Shown: one piece after another, positions 34,696-48,312 of the stretch
Position numbering within the stretch: the first letter of the stretch is position 1
Layout of the letters: each line of letters begins with the position of its first letter
DNA from: Amoeboaphelidium protococcarum X5
Taxonomy: Eukaryota > Fungi > Aphelidiomycota
NCBI GenBank assembly: GCA_023515725.1
Contig: JALDTO010000098.1
Span: forward strand, 956,164-1,020,163
Length of the DNA: 64,000 nucleotides
Direction of reading: 5' to 3'
The notes under the pieces: model-generated
Told to the model about the DNA's origin: nothing
The model's database searches: none
The model's input: only the letters and a program-made list of their open reading frames with translations
Translations under genes and position numbers: made by a program

Positions 34696-37600
34696 TCAAA
34701 CTTATTCGTTCACTTCGAAAGGATGTCTGCTGCATTTACTCTCATACACAGCGACAGGCAACTCAGACTGTGTCTCCATCTCTTTACAAATCTTCCTAAT
34801 CTGAATCTAAAACTGCAATGGGTCAAACTAGAATTATTACTACGTGTCGAGAATGGTGTGCTCAATGTCCTGTGCAGCATTCCTGGCCAGCATCATCTTC
34901 TTACTAGTGTCGGCCTTCTTACTGCTGGAATTCAGCTTCTTGAACAGTGTGCTAGAATTATCCTTACTATGAACTTCTGCTGGTGTATTAACAGAATCAA
35001 CAATGTCATGCAACTTCTACACCAACTTTTTACAAGTCTAAGAGGACACGAAAACAACCGTCGAGTAGATATTCAACGACATGATCTCAGACAGCAGACT
35101 ACTGAACCCAATAAGATCTGAATACATCACCACTAACACATGATATTATACTTATTGATTCAAAGCCAAGGACACGCGAGTTAGATTAGATGACACAAAT
35201 TTGATCTGCGGATACTTTTGTTAATAATACGGAATCTTCTTCGCAGTCTTGACAAAGCTCGATCTGTGCACGGAGTTTAACGCAAGATTCCCAGAAATCA
35301 ATTACAATTTAGAATCATCAACACCAATCAATTCACCAACAACAGCACCAACTTCGCTGGACACACGTTTCGCCACCAAAACATTAGCAGCATCGCTAAA
35401 GTCACCATCAAGAAAACAATAAATCTTTGCATTACTCTAAACTGCTTAATCCCCTCTGGCAGTTTGATCATTACTAATTAAAATCTTCTTTTAGTAACTT
35501 AATCTCTATCTAACCAAAGAGGGAGCATCAAAGTACGACTCCCATGGAAAAGCGGCACATGATTAAGAACACACCAAAGTGACTGGATCATTGACATCAA
35601 CAGTGAATTAGTTAGTTCTCTAAGGCAAAAACTACTAAAGCGCGGGAATAATTCTAGGAAACCATGTAGTTCGCAGATTATGCAGCAGTTTCAGTGTCTT
35701 CAAAGATGCCTGATTATCACCAGAGTCATAGGTAGACATCAGAAAAGTCAAAATTTCAAATACATCGCGCTTCTTCTACGCATGAAACTCTTTCGCCGGA
35801 ATAATAACATCTTGAATTGGGAGCAAAAATAATGACGGCAGAGTCTTTTGGTTCTTGGCATCGGTTTTCGTCAAGAGCTAAATTTCACTTACAGCAGAGC
35901 TATTAAGGGCATTCAACTTCATAAAGAGTGGCTTTCCAGACTTTTCAGTCCGCTGACTAAAGCTATACTACGATATATCAACTATTCCATCTCGCACTTG
36001 ATCTTGGAACGATGTAAATTTGGAATTCTTATCCACTAGTCGAATCTTTGATAACTCAGCAGAGTCAGCGTGTTATAGACCGGAAATAGACTAGATGGTA
36101 CTTACCTGAGATGCCAGGGAAGATTGAGTGGCAGTACTAATCGCAGAGGACTTGGAAGATGTGGTTGAGAATTTTGATTTATCAGAAACTTTCTACTACT
36201 CTTGAGTCGGCGAGAACAACTTAAGCAAAACATCATTCAGTGTTGCAGTGACTGGACATTCTACAGTGCACGCTATATCCGCTGCCTTGCTCGCATATAG
36301 CTTAAACTAGACCAAGCCATTCTTAGCTCTATCCACCAAATTGCTCTTATCACCTGACTCATTACCTGCCGGACTATTTAGACTGGCATCCGCATTTTCA
36401 GACGCGATGCTTTTCACACTAAATGCCTTGTACAATCCAATCTGAGGAGACATGAATGCAATATGACTTTCCAAATTCAGTATGTAAAAGTACCTCTCCG
36501 CATTAGGCTTGCTATTGGAAGATTGATCCACTGCCAACTTCTTCCACTTCTACAAAACGGATTACTAAACATGATCCACATAATCTTTCCAACTTTTCTT
36601 GTTCTTCATAAATGACTGACTAACACTTCGAAGTCCTAGCTCATAAGCAAGCAGCCAGCACAGAGGAGTTTTCATTTCACCATCTTTCATAGTCACTGCA
36701 GCAAAGTCCAGGGCAAGTTCATCTTTATCCGAAATCTGCTTCGATACAGCACCAACTGTAGCTTCGGAGCTCAAACTTTCAGACTCGACATTGTAATCAG
36801 AGTCTGAATCTTTAGTTAAAAATGAATCGTTCTTACCAATAGAAGCCGTCTTGGAAGTGGAATGACTATGATTCTGCTTTAACGACTCAGACGCCAGACC
36901 TGATTTGACATGCTTCATCTACGCGCCACCACGAATCAGTTTAGAAGAGTGATCCTTAGAAGTTGAACTGCTACTAAAATATTAATTCAAAGAACCAGGT
37001 CTTGATACAACAGAGTGATAATAATGATGAGATAAATATTACTGTTCCAGCTGTAGATATGCGCATGGAACATATTCATAATCTGCCCGTAATTTAGAGT
37101 CCTGAACGGCAAACAGATAACGGCTCAGTTTCATGTAACAATTTAGGACGGATTGGGGTACACGCCCAGTGTAGTTGCCAACACAATAAAAAGAGTCCAC
37201 AAATCTCACAGCCTCTTTGTAAAATTCCAAACTCAATTCGGCTTTTCCCATAACCAAAAGCAACTCAACTACATTGACATAATCAATCAGACAATGCTTC
37301 AAATTTCTCATCTGCAACGAATTGGCAAGACATTTCTGAGTATAATCCAGTAACTTCTCTATCGGGATATCAAACTAAATCGACTTTAAAACATCTTGCA
37401 GTTTCTAACCATCAATAGCGACTGCTGCATATGTATGATCCAAGACCAAACTTACAAACCACCTTCTTGCCATTACAGAATTGGACACTGAAGAGTCCCT
37501 TACCAAAATATCAAAAGCATTCCTGGCGACTGTAAATGCTTTAGCGGAAGCATCTGGAGAAATTTCAGATGGTGAGCGACGCGTCATAAAAGATGATTTT

Positions 37601-39945
37601 CGAGCAGACGAGAACATGGGCATATTCCCAATAGACATGCTTGATCGCACATTATCCTAGGCAAACGCTTAGTTCAAATCTTCTCTATCACTCAAGACGG
37701 ACACTTTGGAAATCAAACGCGCTTTCAGAACCAAATCAGAATCTTCCATGTACCTGTCATACAAAGCTGCAGCTTCACTATAGCGATGTAAATCAATTAG
37801 ACACTTAATTATCTGAACACAAACTTGATGACATTGTACATTGGATGTCTAGTAGTTGAACAAATGGCGACCAACAGCTTTACCAGCCTCAGATGGCACA
37901 AAATCAGCCTAAAATAAAAGCCCATTCAAAATGGCGTCCTCTCTAATCTATTTCTCGTTGCACAACAAATCAATAGCGTCAAACGTCCATCCACATTTAC
38001 GATAAACTTTGGCCAATTTCAGTGTCAAATCAAAACAGTCAACCGATGTGTTATGCTCAACAATAAATGTGGACAGATAAGCGGACGCTTCTGAAAAGTC
38101 ACCTATTTACAAACAAACGTCAGCAATCATTATGGTAATCTTTCGTAACTAATCGATCCAATGAATTTGAAGATTACCCAGACTGATATACTTATTAAAG
38201 CAGGTCTTCAACAATCTTATAGCCTAGTACGCAAATCCAGACTCTATATACACATTAGCCAAAGTTTGAACAAGATGGAAATACTCATTATGCTTCTCCT
38301 CCAAGGCACAGAGATCAATTGCGGCATAATAAAACTTGATCGCCTTTTCTATTTAGCAATTATCCAAACAAATTGAAGCCAAATTGGACAATTAAATAAA
38401 GGTGACAGGTCGCTTTCTCAGCCTCAAATTCTCAAGAGCAGCATCGAAAGCATAAATAGCAAACAGAGCCTTCTTATTCAGCAAGAGCAATTCCCCATAC
38501 AGACGGAGAGCATTGTAACCAAGAGTTGACAAGATTGGATTACTATGACGCGTCTTTAACTAATGCAGTAGACAGATGCATTCGAAAGCCAGAGACTCAG
38601 CAACCGCCAATGAATTATTTTCATGCATTTCATATAGAGCACAAACATAAGCAGCTTTAGCCTTGACATAACTGAGCAAAGATTTATTATAAAGCGCCTG
38701 TATCTCTTTAAATCTGTACTCGGAATCTACAGCAATACGCATCTGATCATGTATCATACTAAATGCATCACTCTAATCATCTTCCAAATCTTCCAAATTC
38801 AAAGCTTCCGTACTAAGAGGATCAATACCAAAATTCAGACACTGAACATCACTAAGCACCGCCAACTTGAGACTAATCAGAGCTGTACCATCAATATTAT
38901 TCGACTACTCTCGCAAAAGTAACTCATACAATTGACAGAGCTCATGCTCACACGGAAGAACATTCTTCATATGATGCACAGATGACTCAATCTTCAGCAG
39001 TCTCATTTAAATATCAAAAGCTGCACTACCATTTATCATGGATTTGAAGCCATTATTGCTGAGGATTTACAACTAACTAAATACTTTCCACTTGGCATTG
39101 TATGATACTAATCGCAAAGCCTGCTCTTCAATCGCAGCGGTTCGTTAAATCTTCTGCTGCTCTAAACAATCAAAGTACTTTTGAATAGTCTCCTCGCATT
39201 GCGCAAAATTATTCAATCTATAATCCGTCATAAACTAATCAAATTATTTCTAAATCGAACTATCACCGCTATTTGTGATATCTGAAGTGTTGGCTCTACT
39301 ATCATCATTCACATTATCCAAAAGGCCAACGATAAAATTCTCCATGTGAGACTCTGGTATGAACTTGCTCTAATTAATAGTGAGACTGAATAGCATTGTA
39401 CTCTTTGGATACTTGACAGTCTTAATGGCATTTAGTGCAAACTTATCTTCAAATCTAAAATTCTAAACCGACAATTCTTATCCAGCACCTTGCTGACTTG
39501 AAGTAGATGAAGCACTGGTCGGAGTGGCAAACAGCTCCGTGTGCAGATTCTTGGTCAGCTTAGTCCTATCAATCTGCTCCCCTAAAAACTCTGAATCCCA
39601 GTCATCTTCAGCTTCTTCGGGTTCTTTAGATTATAATTTCTATGATTATACAGGGGACTTCGCATCAGGCGAGTGACTTGTGGAATTCGTAGCTCCATTA
39701 GGAACACTGACAGGGGCACTCTTCTCAATGGACAGTCTCTAGCTATTCTTTGTTAAATTCTCCTGCTTAGTAGAAGGCGTGGTGACTTCATTATCATCTT
39801 AAAATTCATCATCCCAATCTTCTACTTAAAAGTTGCCAGCATGAAGGCCCACAAGCGCAGTAGAAGCTTCAGTATCAGCCTTTACAATTTACGGCGCAAC
39901 ATCATTTCCACCAAAATCAGAATCCCAGTTTTCGCTATCATACAT
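34696..39945 (-). CDS. Large uncharacterised protein, ~1749 aa: acidic WDxxF motifs, helical/TPR-like core, C-terminal CHAT/separase-like 'PWE' segment
   Basis: Track ORFs 38560, 37405, 37039, 36565 and 36307 share one frame from ATG39945 to TGA34696. Possible 60-nt in-frame intron 36046-36105. Confidence 0.75.
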
Positions 39946-40255
39946 TACTCAACTGTATGTAATAATATCAATAGTAATTCAGATGAAAAGTATTAATATG
40001 GATAAGACACTTGAGTGGATACAACAATAGACAATATACAGTACTAGGAAAAGAAGTTGATTGTTACAACAAAATTAAATTAATTGTTTCAGAGTAAAGT
40101 CCGTGCGAGTGAGGGCCATTGTTTGATCTCTCGCAATGATAGTTGTTGGTTTCAACTCTTTACATGGCTTTCTTCTTGATTGCTACTGCTATAACTTCTT
40201 ACATCGCTGTTTCTTGATTATATATATCTTGTCAAGTCTAATATCGTAGTGTATT

Positions 40256-41317
40256 ATGTCAAAGAGCGAGAAGAGATTATCTGTATAGAGAGGATCTTAA
40301 AGTCCTGACGTTAATTTATCGGAATAGTAGAAGAATGTGCATCCATTGCGACCAAAATCGAGTCAAAGTCCTACGACTCCATTCTATTCAAACGAGCGAT
40401 TATTCGACGAGATAACAGCATTAAAGAAATAGGTACATGAGTTGCAGGATAATAATAAACTTCAACTGACTTAGATAAGGCGAATGACAGAAGAGCAGAA
40501 GAGGAAGGATAGTGAATACGAGTAACTGTTAAAGATGCGCTTGGGGCTGACCGTTTCACCGGGAGATCATCAGACCGCGGATTCTTTTAGAATTGAGGAC
40601 AGCTATTTGGTCGGGCGTTTGAAAGACACAATCAAGTAGAAAGACGCTGAGATTACCACACTGCGCACAGAAATTGAACAGCTTCGATAAAATTGTAAAT
40701 AGAGCCAACTGAATAAGCTTGAAGTTTAACTCAGAGCTGTGCAGTTGGAATTTGAGACTTTAAAACTTTAGTCCACTTCCAAACCACGCGATGATAGTTT
40801 GAATGCGAAAGCTAAGAAGACTTAAGAAGCGCCCCTGAATTTGTCGTAAGGGACAAAGAACGTAAAAACATTGAATGACAAGTCATCTGCATAGATTAGT
40901 GAATAATCTCCGTCCAAGAAAACTATCAAGTAATCGAGTCGAAGTGTACACTCACCTCAAGAAAGTAGTAAGCGTGCTAAAGGTGATAAGTCATCTTATG
41001 ACAGAAAGAAATCACATCAAAGTAAGGATTTTTACGAAGGGGTATCTTTGCATGAGCCTGGTGAGGTGACTTTGAAAGAGCGGGATTAAATTGAAAGTTA
41101 AAAAGAGCCTGGACAGGTGAATTAAGAAGATGCATTTAAAGCAAATTATGCTCACATATCTGACGCGTCAATACAGTCTGCGATCCAAGTTCCTCGATTG
41201 ACTCCAGTGAATAAGGCTGTAGAATCAAAGACCAGTCAATAACCTGTTAAGTCTTCATAGAATTCCATCTCAAGTTAAAAGAGTAAAAAGTCGATTAGTT
41301 TTGAGATTCCAAATTGA
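40256..41317 (+). CDS. Coiled-coil protein resembling the IQCE N-terminal region, 353 aa
   Basis: Open table-6 frame, absent from the track. NERLFDEITALKKQV..TQIRRMTEEQKRKDSEYEQLL..SYLVGRLKDTI, then a low-complexity S/K tail. Confidence 0.65.
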
Positions 41318-41914
41318 TGTTATGAGTAGAAAAATAAAAAATAGACTTGAAATTTAGCTTAGCGGTTCTATTTCATTCACGAGATTATTCTTAAGCATTG
41401 ATTGACCCATGTGATCAAAACTAAAAAATAAACTGACACTCTGTGTGAAAGAAAGTCAATTCGAAACCAGCTCAATATCGATGTCAATTTATCGTATGCT
41501 GAAACACTGAGTATAAAACAAATAGAAAATTCAACGAGGAATGATTAAATTAAAACGGCAAGATCAAATTGAAACGCCACTAGCGCGTGTAATTTTGTCT
41601 CAAAAAGGAAAACTTGAAGTGGCGAGATTAGTGATCTGAATGCGCAAAGGAGGAAATCACAGCGAGAAGAGGAAAAGAGAAAGGCCGAGAAGAGAAAGTG
41701 GAAGATTGAGCCCCTTACCGTCATCGTGACGCCTTCTTAGTCTACCCCATCCTTTTCAATTCTTTTGCTCTATCTTTGCATTTTTCAAGTCTACGCTGGC
41801 TATTATCTAAGAATTAGTTTTGGTATTTCTGCCTCTTCTGTGTAGATTGTAATAATCAATAAAAGATTCCCTTTCTCGTATCGTAATCCATCCATATTGA
41901 ATTAGCATAATCAG

Positions 41915-44900
41915 ATGAATCAAGGTGACATTAGTACGTCTATAAATTTTGGTAATCTTTTCCGTGGCATATTCAAGATACCTGCTCCGGTGCCTCCAGA
42001 GTAACCGCAGCCTATTGGTGAAGGTGTATGCTTGCAAGGAGCCAATTTTGCCCCAGTGATCTTGTCTGCGAATAATTCGTGTCCGTAGCACTTTTACTGC
42101 CCGAACACGTCTCCTGATAATCCGATATCGAATCCGCAAATGTGTCCGCCCACGCTCAAGTGTCAGTCGCTGCGTCTGACATCCAATTTCTGTGAGCCAC
42201 AAGGTCTTTATGAGCCGGTGCCGTGTCCAAAGGGATTCTATTGTCCGAATCCAAGGGAGAGAATCATATGTCCAGAGAATCATTACTGTCCGACTGGTCG
42301 TGTTGTTCCTATTCCGTGCACGTTGCCTATGAGCATTTGCCCTGAGGGCTCTTTCAAGTAATCATACTATGGAGGACTGTTGGTCGCTGCCGTAATGGAT
42401 GTCTTTATCGTTATCCTGCTGATTGTACTAAAGTGTCGCGGTCTGAGAGATTAGAAGCGTCGCGCCAAGAAGATGAACCGCATGAAGGTTGGCCGTAACA
42501 TTGGTACCATCAGTGAAGTGCACATGTCTGACGATAAGAGTAAGATCCTATTCTTGACTAAGCCTTCTTCTGATGAGCTTGATGATCAGGATGATTTTGA
42601 TGGTAGTACTATTGCTGGGAAAAAGCGCGGATTTAAGGCTTATTATAGACGCAGATTGATTAGATTCATCAACTGGGTGGGGATGTTCTTGCCTATCCAT
42701 GTAAACATCAAATCTCCTGAAGAGACCAAGAAGCGTCCAACTGCTGTCAACAACTATCAGTGTTCTGTTGGTGCGTACGCCGCTCGTCCTAGTCATAGTA
42801 CGATTGATATCTCCGACAATAATCCTTATGGTAGATCCTCTGTATGCAGTGCCGCTGCCACTTTCAGTCGTAATCGTGCACAGAACACGGTGGTGACCAA
42901 AGTGTCTAGCACTCATTTCAGTCATAATCTGCATGATCTGCTTCATGCTTTTAAACGCGCCCAGAATGGTCAAGACTTGAGTTTGCACTTTGAATTCGAT
43001 CGTCTGTCTTTGACTCTGCCGTCTGGTAAATGTATTCTGAATGGTGTCAATGGTCTGATTGTACCTAACAGAGTGACTGTGATTATGGGCCCATCTGGTG
43101 CTGGTAAGAGTACGTTTATGAATGTGTTGACGGGCAAGTTGAACAGAACCGGAGGTAAATTGCTGATCAATGGCAAAGAAGTGGAGATGCACAAGTATAA
43201 GAAGATTATTGGGTACGTGCCTCAGGATGATGTTATGCTTGAGGAGTTGACTGTTCGTGAGAATATTGCCTACTCTGCCAAGACGCGTCTACCCCGCTCC
43301 TGGTCCAGTGCTGAAGTGGAGAAGTTTGTTGATGAAGTGCTGGATGCTTTGGAGTTGTCTCACGTTGCCAACAACATGACATCTGCAGTAAGTGGTGGTC
43401 AGCGAAAGCGTGTTAATATCGGTATGGAGTTGGCAACTGCTCCAAGTGCAATATTTTTGGATGAACCTACTTCCGGTCTGGATAGTACCGCTGCTTTAAA
43501 GGTGGCAAATATCATGAAGAGAACTGCGCAGGATATCGGTATTACTGTCGTCGCTGTAGTGCATTAGCCTAGATATGAGATTTTCGAACAGTTTGATGAT
43601 GTGCTCATGATTGCTCAAGGTGGAAATACTGCGTACCTTGGTCCTAGAGAAGAAGTTTTGGACTATTTTGAGAGTCTTGGCTTTTACTTTAATCCAAAGA
43701 ATAACCCCGCTGATGTTCTTATGGATATTCTTAGTGGTAAAGGTTAGCGTTTGAATCCATCTCTGCTGCCGTAGAATATTGACGCTCAGAATCTGAGTAT
43801 GTACATGCAATAGCTTGTCGAAGATGGAAAGGCTGAGTTTGTGGAGTACGATGTCAAAGAGTTGAGTCAAGCTTGGATGGTGCAAGAAGATTTCAATCGC
43901 AATGATTTGCCAGATTTAAGTTATTTGAATACAAGGGGTCCAAGTGCGTAATTGGCCATGACATCCGCCACCCCTGTTAATTAATTGAATGATATCGTTG
44001 TCGCGTCAAGCGAATTTGATTAGGAATCTACCACTATAGTTGAAGGTGAGAATAAAGAAAACGAGGCGCTGAGTATTAACGATCAAGACCTTTCAGACAA
44101 GTTCCATGATAGCTTTGAATAGCCAGCTGATGTATTAGGTACTTCTGACGACTATGTAGAATCTTTGAAAGATTTGAAAAAGAGAACTAGCAGAAATAGA
44201 TTGAGCACATTTTATACTGACAAAGATGTCGAGAAGGATGGTAGTGACAAAGGACTGGGTGATTCTGATAGTGCGAGTTATTAATCTCTCTCTGAATCTC
44301 ACGATAGATTGAGATAAGCTTGTAAAGAGCGTGGCGCTAATTCAATGGTATAGTTGGTCAATGCTCATAACAGATCCATGCTTCAGTAATACAGACGAGT
44401 CAATGCATTCTTTATAGAGTTGGGTGTGGCAGTTGTTACCGGCTCTCTGATGGGTCTGGCTGTGACCAGTTACAATGGAGGTCTGTACCAGGGATTGCTA
44501 ATTGTGCCATTTACTTTACTCTCGCCTGCACCGATTGAAGTTGTCATTCCGATCTTGTGCCTGCTGGTCTCATGTGCAATCGGTCTGTCTGCTGCACCTG
44601 CTGCAGTTAAGGTGTTTAGTGAAGAGCGCGATGTCTATTATCGTGAGGCATCTACTGGTCATAGTCCTTGGGCTTATTATATTGGGAAGAATGTCGCGTC
44701 CACTTATCGATTCGTGATTACTTCATGGCATTTCTGCTCGCTCTACCACTTCTTTGCGACTCCTAACATTAGCTTTTACTTGATGTTTTACATTCACCTG
44801 CTCATGTTCTTTTGCGTGTATGGAATGTCTTTCGCTCTGGGTATGATGGTGAGGCGAGAGAATGCTAGTATGACTGCGGTATGTCTTGCTGTCGTTATGG

Positions 44901-45184
44901 CTGCTCTATGTGGAGGTGGACCGAATTTGGCCGATATGTAGAAGATCAATCTTGGTTGGATTCTAGATCTTTCATATGCTCGCTGGGGAGCTGAGGCGTG
45001 GTATTCTGAAGAGCTGCTCCTTTTCGATGGTGTCTTTGAAATTTATAACGTGTCGGCTGCCGTGTTTGGGTTCACTCTTGGTAGATACTGGGTAGATATC
45101 ATCATTATGATTATAATTGGTTGTGTTTGGAGAGTAATTGGATACTTACTGCTGATCTGTTTAAATCGACAAAAGTAGCGTTGA
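41915..45184 (+). CDS. ABCG half-transporter with N-terminal Cys-rich extracellular domain, 1089 aa
   Basis: CPKGFYCP-type repeats, TM, Walker A GPSGAGKST, GYVPQDD, signature VSGGQRKRV, FLDEPTSGLD, VHQP, NPAD, C-terminal TMD. Confidence 0.93.
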
Positions 45185-45306
45185 TTATCATTCAAAATTT
45201 TGTTCGCTGTACGTGGTGAAGTCATTATTTTGTGACGTCTGGTATATAATAAAAAATTATCAACTTGAAGGCAAATTTCTAATTTTCAACAAGAACGCTA
45301 ACCATC

Positions 45307-46030
45307 TCAATATTCTAAAATTGCAGCGCCAGCATCAGTGACTTGTGGAATATTGCTCTTGATATCGAACGCTTTACTCAAAACAATCTTGAAGATTTTC
45401 TAAATGTTCACACCCTACTGCGAGGAGGTGAAGATCAGCGGTGCCTTCATGGCCTTGGCAAACTTTCGGCTCTGGCTGGTGATCTCTTCTTGATCTTCCT
45501 TGCTCAGCTGCTGAAACTGATCGTACTTGGTACCGATGAGAAACGGGAGCGCCGTCTTGTTGAAACCTCGCGCCTGGCGATACCATTCTTTGACAGAGTT
45601 CAGCGTGGACTTTCTGGATAGATCAAACATGAACAGTAGAGCCACAGACTCATTGCACACCAGGGGCAGCATGTTCACGAATTCTTTCTATCCACCCAGA
45701 TCCCAGATGGAGAAAGTGATTTCGTTATTCTTCAAAGTGATGCTCTTCTCCATAAAATTGACACCCAGAGTCTGAATGTAGTCTTCATCAAAAGTGCCCT
45801 CAACATACTTGACCATCAACGAAGTTTTACCAATTTGAGAATCCCCCAGCATGCCAATTTTCAACACGATACTACATCAAATAAGAATTAAGCACATTGT
45901 AATGCCCTAAATATAAATTTAATACTTACTTTTTCTTTTACTGTTCTAAAGCGCCATCATCGGTCTGATCGTTGGTCGTTTCAAGAGTGTTGTTGGCAGC
46001 AGCGTTACTTCTAGAAGTACTCTAATCCAT
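45307..46030 (-). CDS. TEM1: Tem1/Spg1 small GTPase (mitotic exit / septation initiation); one intron ~45874-45929
   Basis: LKIGMLGDSQIGKTSLMVKYVEG, DYIQTLGVNFMEK, WDLGGQKEFVNMLPLVC, KEWYRQARGFNKTA, GTKYD. Confidence 0.95.
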
Positions 46031-46436
46031 ACTATTGCTGATATATAATAAATTTGTATTTAAAAGAAAGAGGATAAAGCAGTGTTAATTAATCTAAATG
46101 GGAAGTATTAGAAATAATATAAATTTAGGCGCATAGTTACAATGTCCTACATAGTACTACTGTCAATGGCAACTTGAAGATTTCTAATGCGTTTCCATGA
46201 CGACTAACGCGCGATCGTTTGAGTCCCAATCAAGAGGTGACTTCGACCTAAAGAACATTGCAAATATGATTGACTGCTCCCAAAATCTTACGGCCCATAA
46301 ACTTGAAAAATACATCTAAAATAAAATGAAAATTTATGCTTGGTATAAAAGTCTTCTATGGAAAGACTCACACTAACTAATGTTACCCAAATTCATTGTA
46401 GTAATCAATAGAGAACTACTTGGCAGCAACAGTCAA

Positions 46437-47975
46437 TCAGAATAGATCAATGCCACTAAGTTCCGACTACTCCTTGACAAACATCTCAAAGTACTGGTAG
46501 ATGATCGTCACAGCCAGTAAAATACCAGTACCGCTACCAATCGCGTCCATCATGTCTGCCACAATAGACAGCGCACCGATACACATTCCACCAAAAGCGG
46601 CCGCGGTCGGAATGATACGCTTCAACTCCTTGTACATTGATCCCTCACGATGACCACGCATAACCATTTGCTGTTCCTTCAACTGACGCGCCACGTCACG
46701 AGGCGATGATCCGCTCACTTCAATCCACGTCTTGGACAAGAACGCGCACGCAGACAGCATAAAAGCAACATACACTGCAAAGTGGATCGGATCACTCAGC
46801 GCACTCACCCAATTGTGAGGCGGGGAGATATAATACGCCATTCCACCGCTAGCCTTTAATTGACTAGTTCCCTCCAACGGCTCCCATACACCAACCAGAC
46901 GAACAAGGAAATTCTCTGGGTAGCGATTGAACAGCAGCTGGGAAACAAAGTAAATGTTGGACACCAGCGCAGACTACAACATGATAGGCATATTTGAAGT
47001 ATAAAACAACTTCACAGGGAAAGTGCCTTGATGACCGCGAAACTTGTTGCTCTTCACCGGAATTTCAATTCTAAATCCCTAAAAGTAAATAACAATAGCA
47101 AACACCACCAGAGTCGACAACAGACTGGACAAGTTTGGTGCATGAGATCTAAAGAAGGCTTCACGCACGGCACGCATCTTATCAGATCGAGTGATGATCA
47201 AGTGGAAGAAAGCCAGAATAGCTCCATGGAACTCGGTACCACGACCAGTGTTGATAGTGGTTGGTGAAAATGACTGCCACATGATATTCTCACAAATGTT
47301 AGTGGCAATGAACAGCGAGATACCGGCACCCAGTCCGTAACCCTTCTGCAACATCTCATCCAGCAGAATGACGATAAGACCAGCGATAGTCAACTACAAA
47401 ACCAGTAGAAGACAAATACCAGCTCCAATTTCCTTTGGATCCCCGTAAAAACCACTCAAAATACTGACCAGAGCCTGGCCGAAAGTCATAATAATAGCCA
47501 ACAACTTCTGCGCACCATTAAACAGGGCGCGATCTTCTTTCAAGCTGTGGTCCACTTCAATAATACCCGCTCCGGATAAAAGTTGAATAATCATACCAGA
47601 GGTGACAATCGGAGTAATACCATACTCCATCAAGGTACCGCGGTTACTGGCCATGATAACACGGAGCCAGAACATGGGATCAGAGGAGTCAGAACTCATA
47701 ATACCATATAGCGGAATCTAAGAACACACCAGAAAAATGATCAATGTAATGGCAGTCCATAGAATCTTCTCTCTAAATTACACCTACAAGTTTAACACAT
47801 TCAATTGTCAATGATCATAATGAGCTGAGAATCAATGAATAAATTACTCTTCTGTCAGGCTGGGCAACTTCAGGAATTAGAGCCATAAACGGCCTAATCA
47901 AATGCAAAAATCTCACTACATATAAAAGCTGAAATGTATGGTTCACCTAGTTCCCAATACAAACCTACCTCCCAT
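46437..47975 (-). CDS. SEC61: Protein translocon subunit Sec61 alpha; two 5' introns
   Basis: [79 protein letters not shown]. Confidence 0.97.
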
Positions 47976-48312
47976 CACAGCTTCTTCTTAACAGTAGAGC
48001 TTCTAAGGTCGCGGTGTGATTGTTCGTTCGTTCGTTCGTTCCGGGAAAGAAAAGAATCGCCTCGCCGAGAAGAAAGTGTTTCGAACGACCAAAACGATAG
48101 ACAGAGCGAAGAACGACCAACGCGGACGCGACGAATCTCTTTCTCATTCTTGGTGAATCTCTGAAGACAGCCTTTTCACACTGCAGATGCTCCCATAAAA
48201 CATGATCTGATGTAAAATAGTAAACCTGTCATCGTAAACCGCAGGGAAGTAAAATTATAGTATAATCCCATTTTATACTCAACTCAAACGTATACCTCGA
48301 TTAACTTCATGA

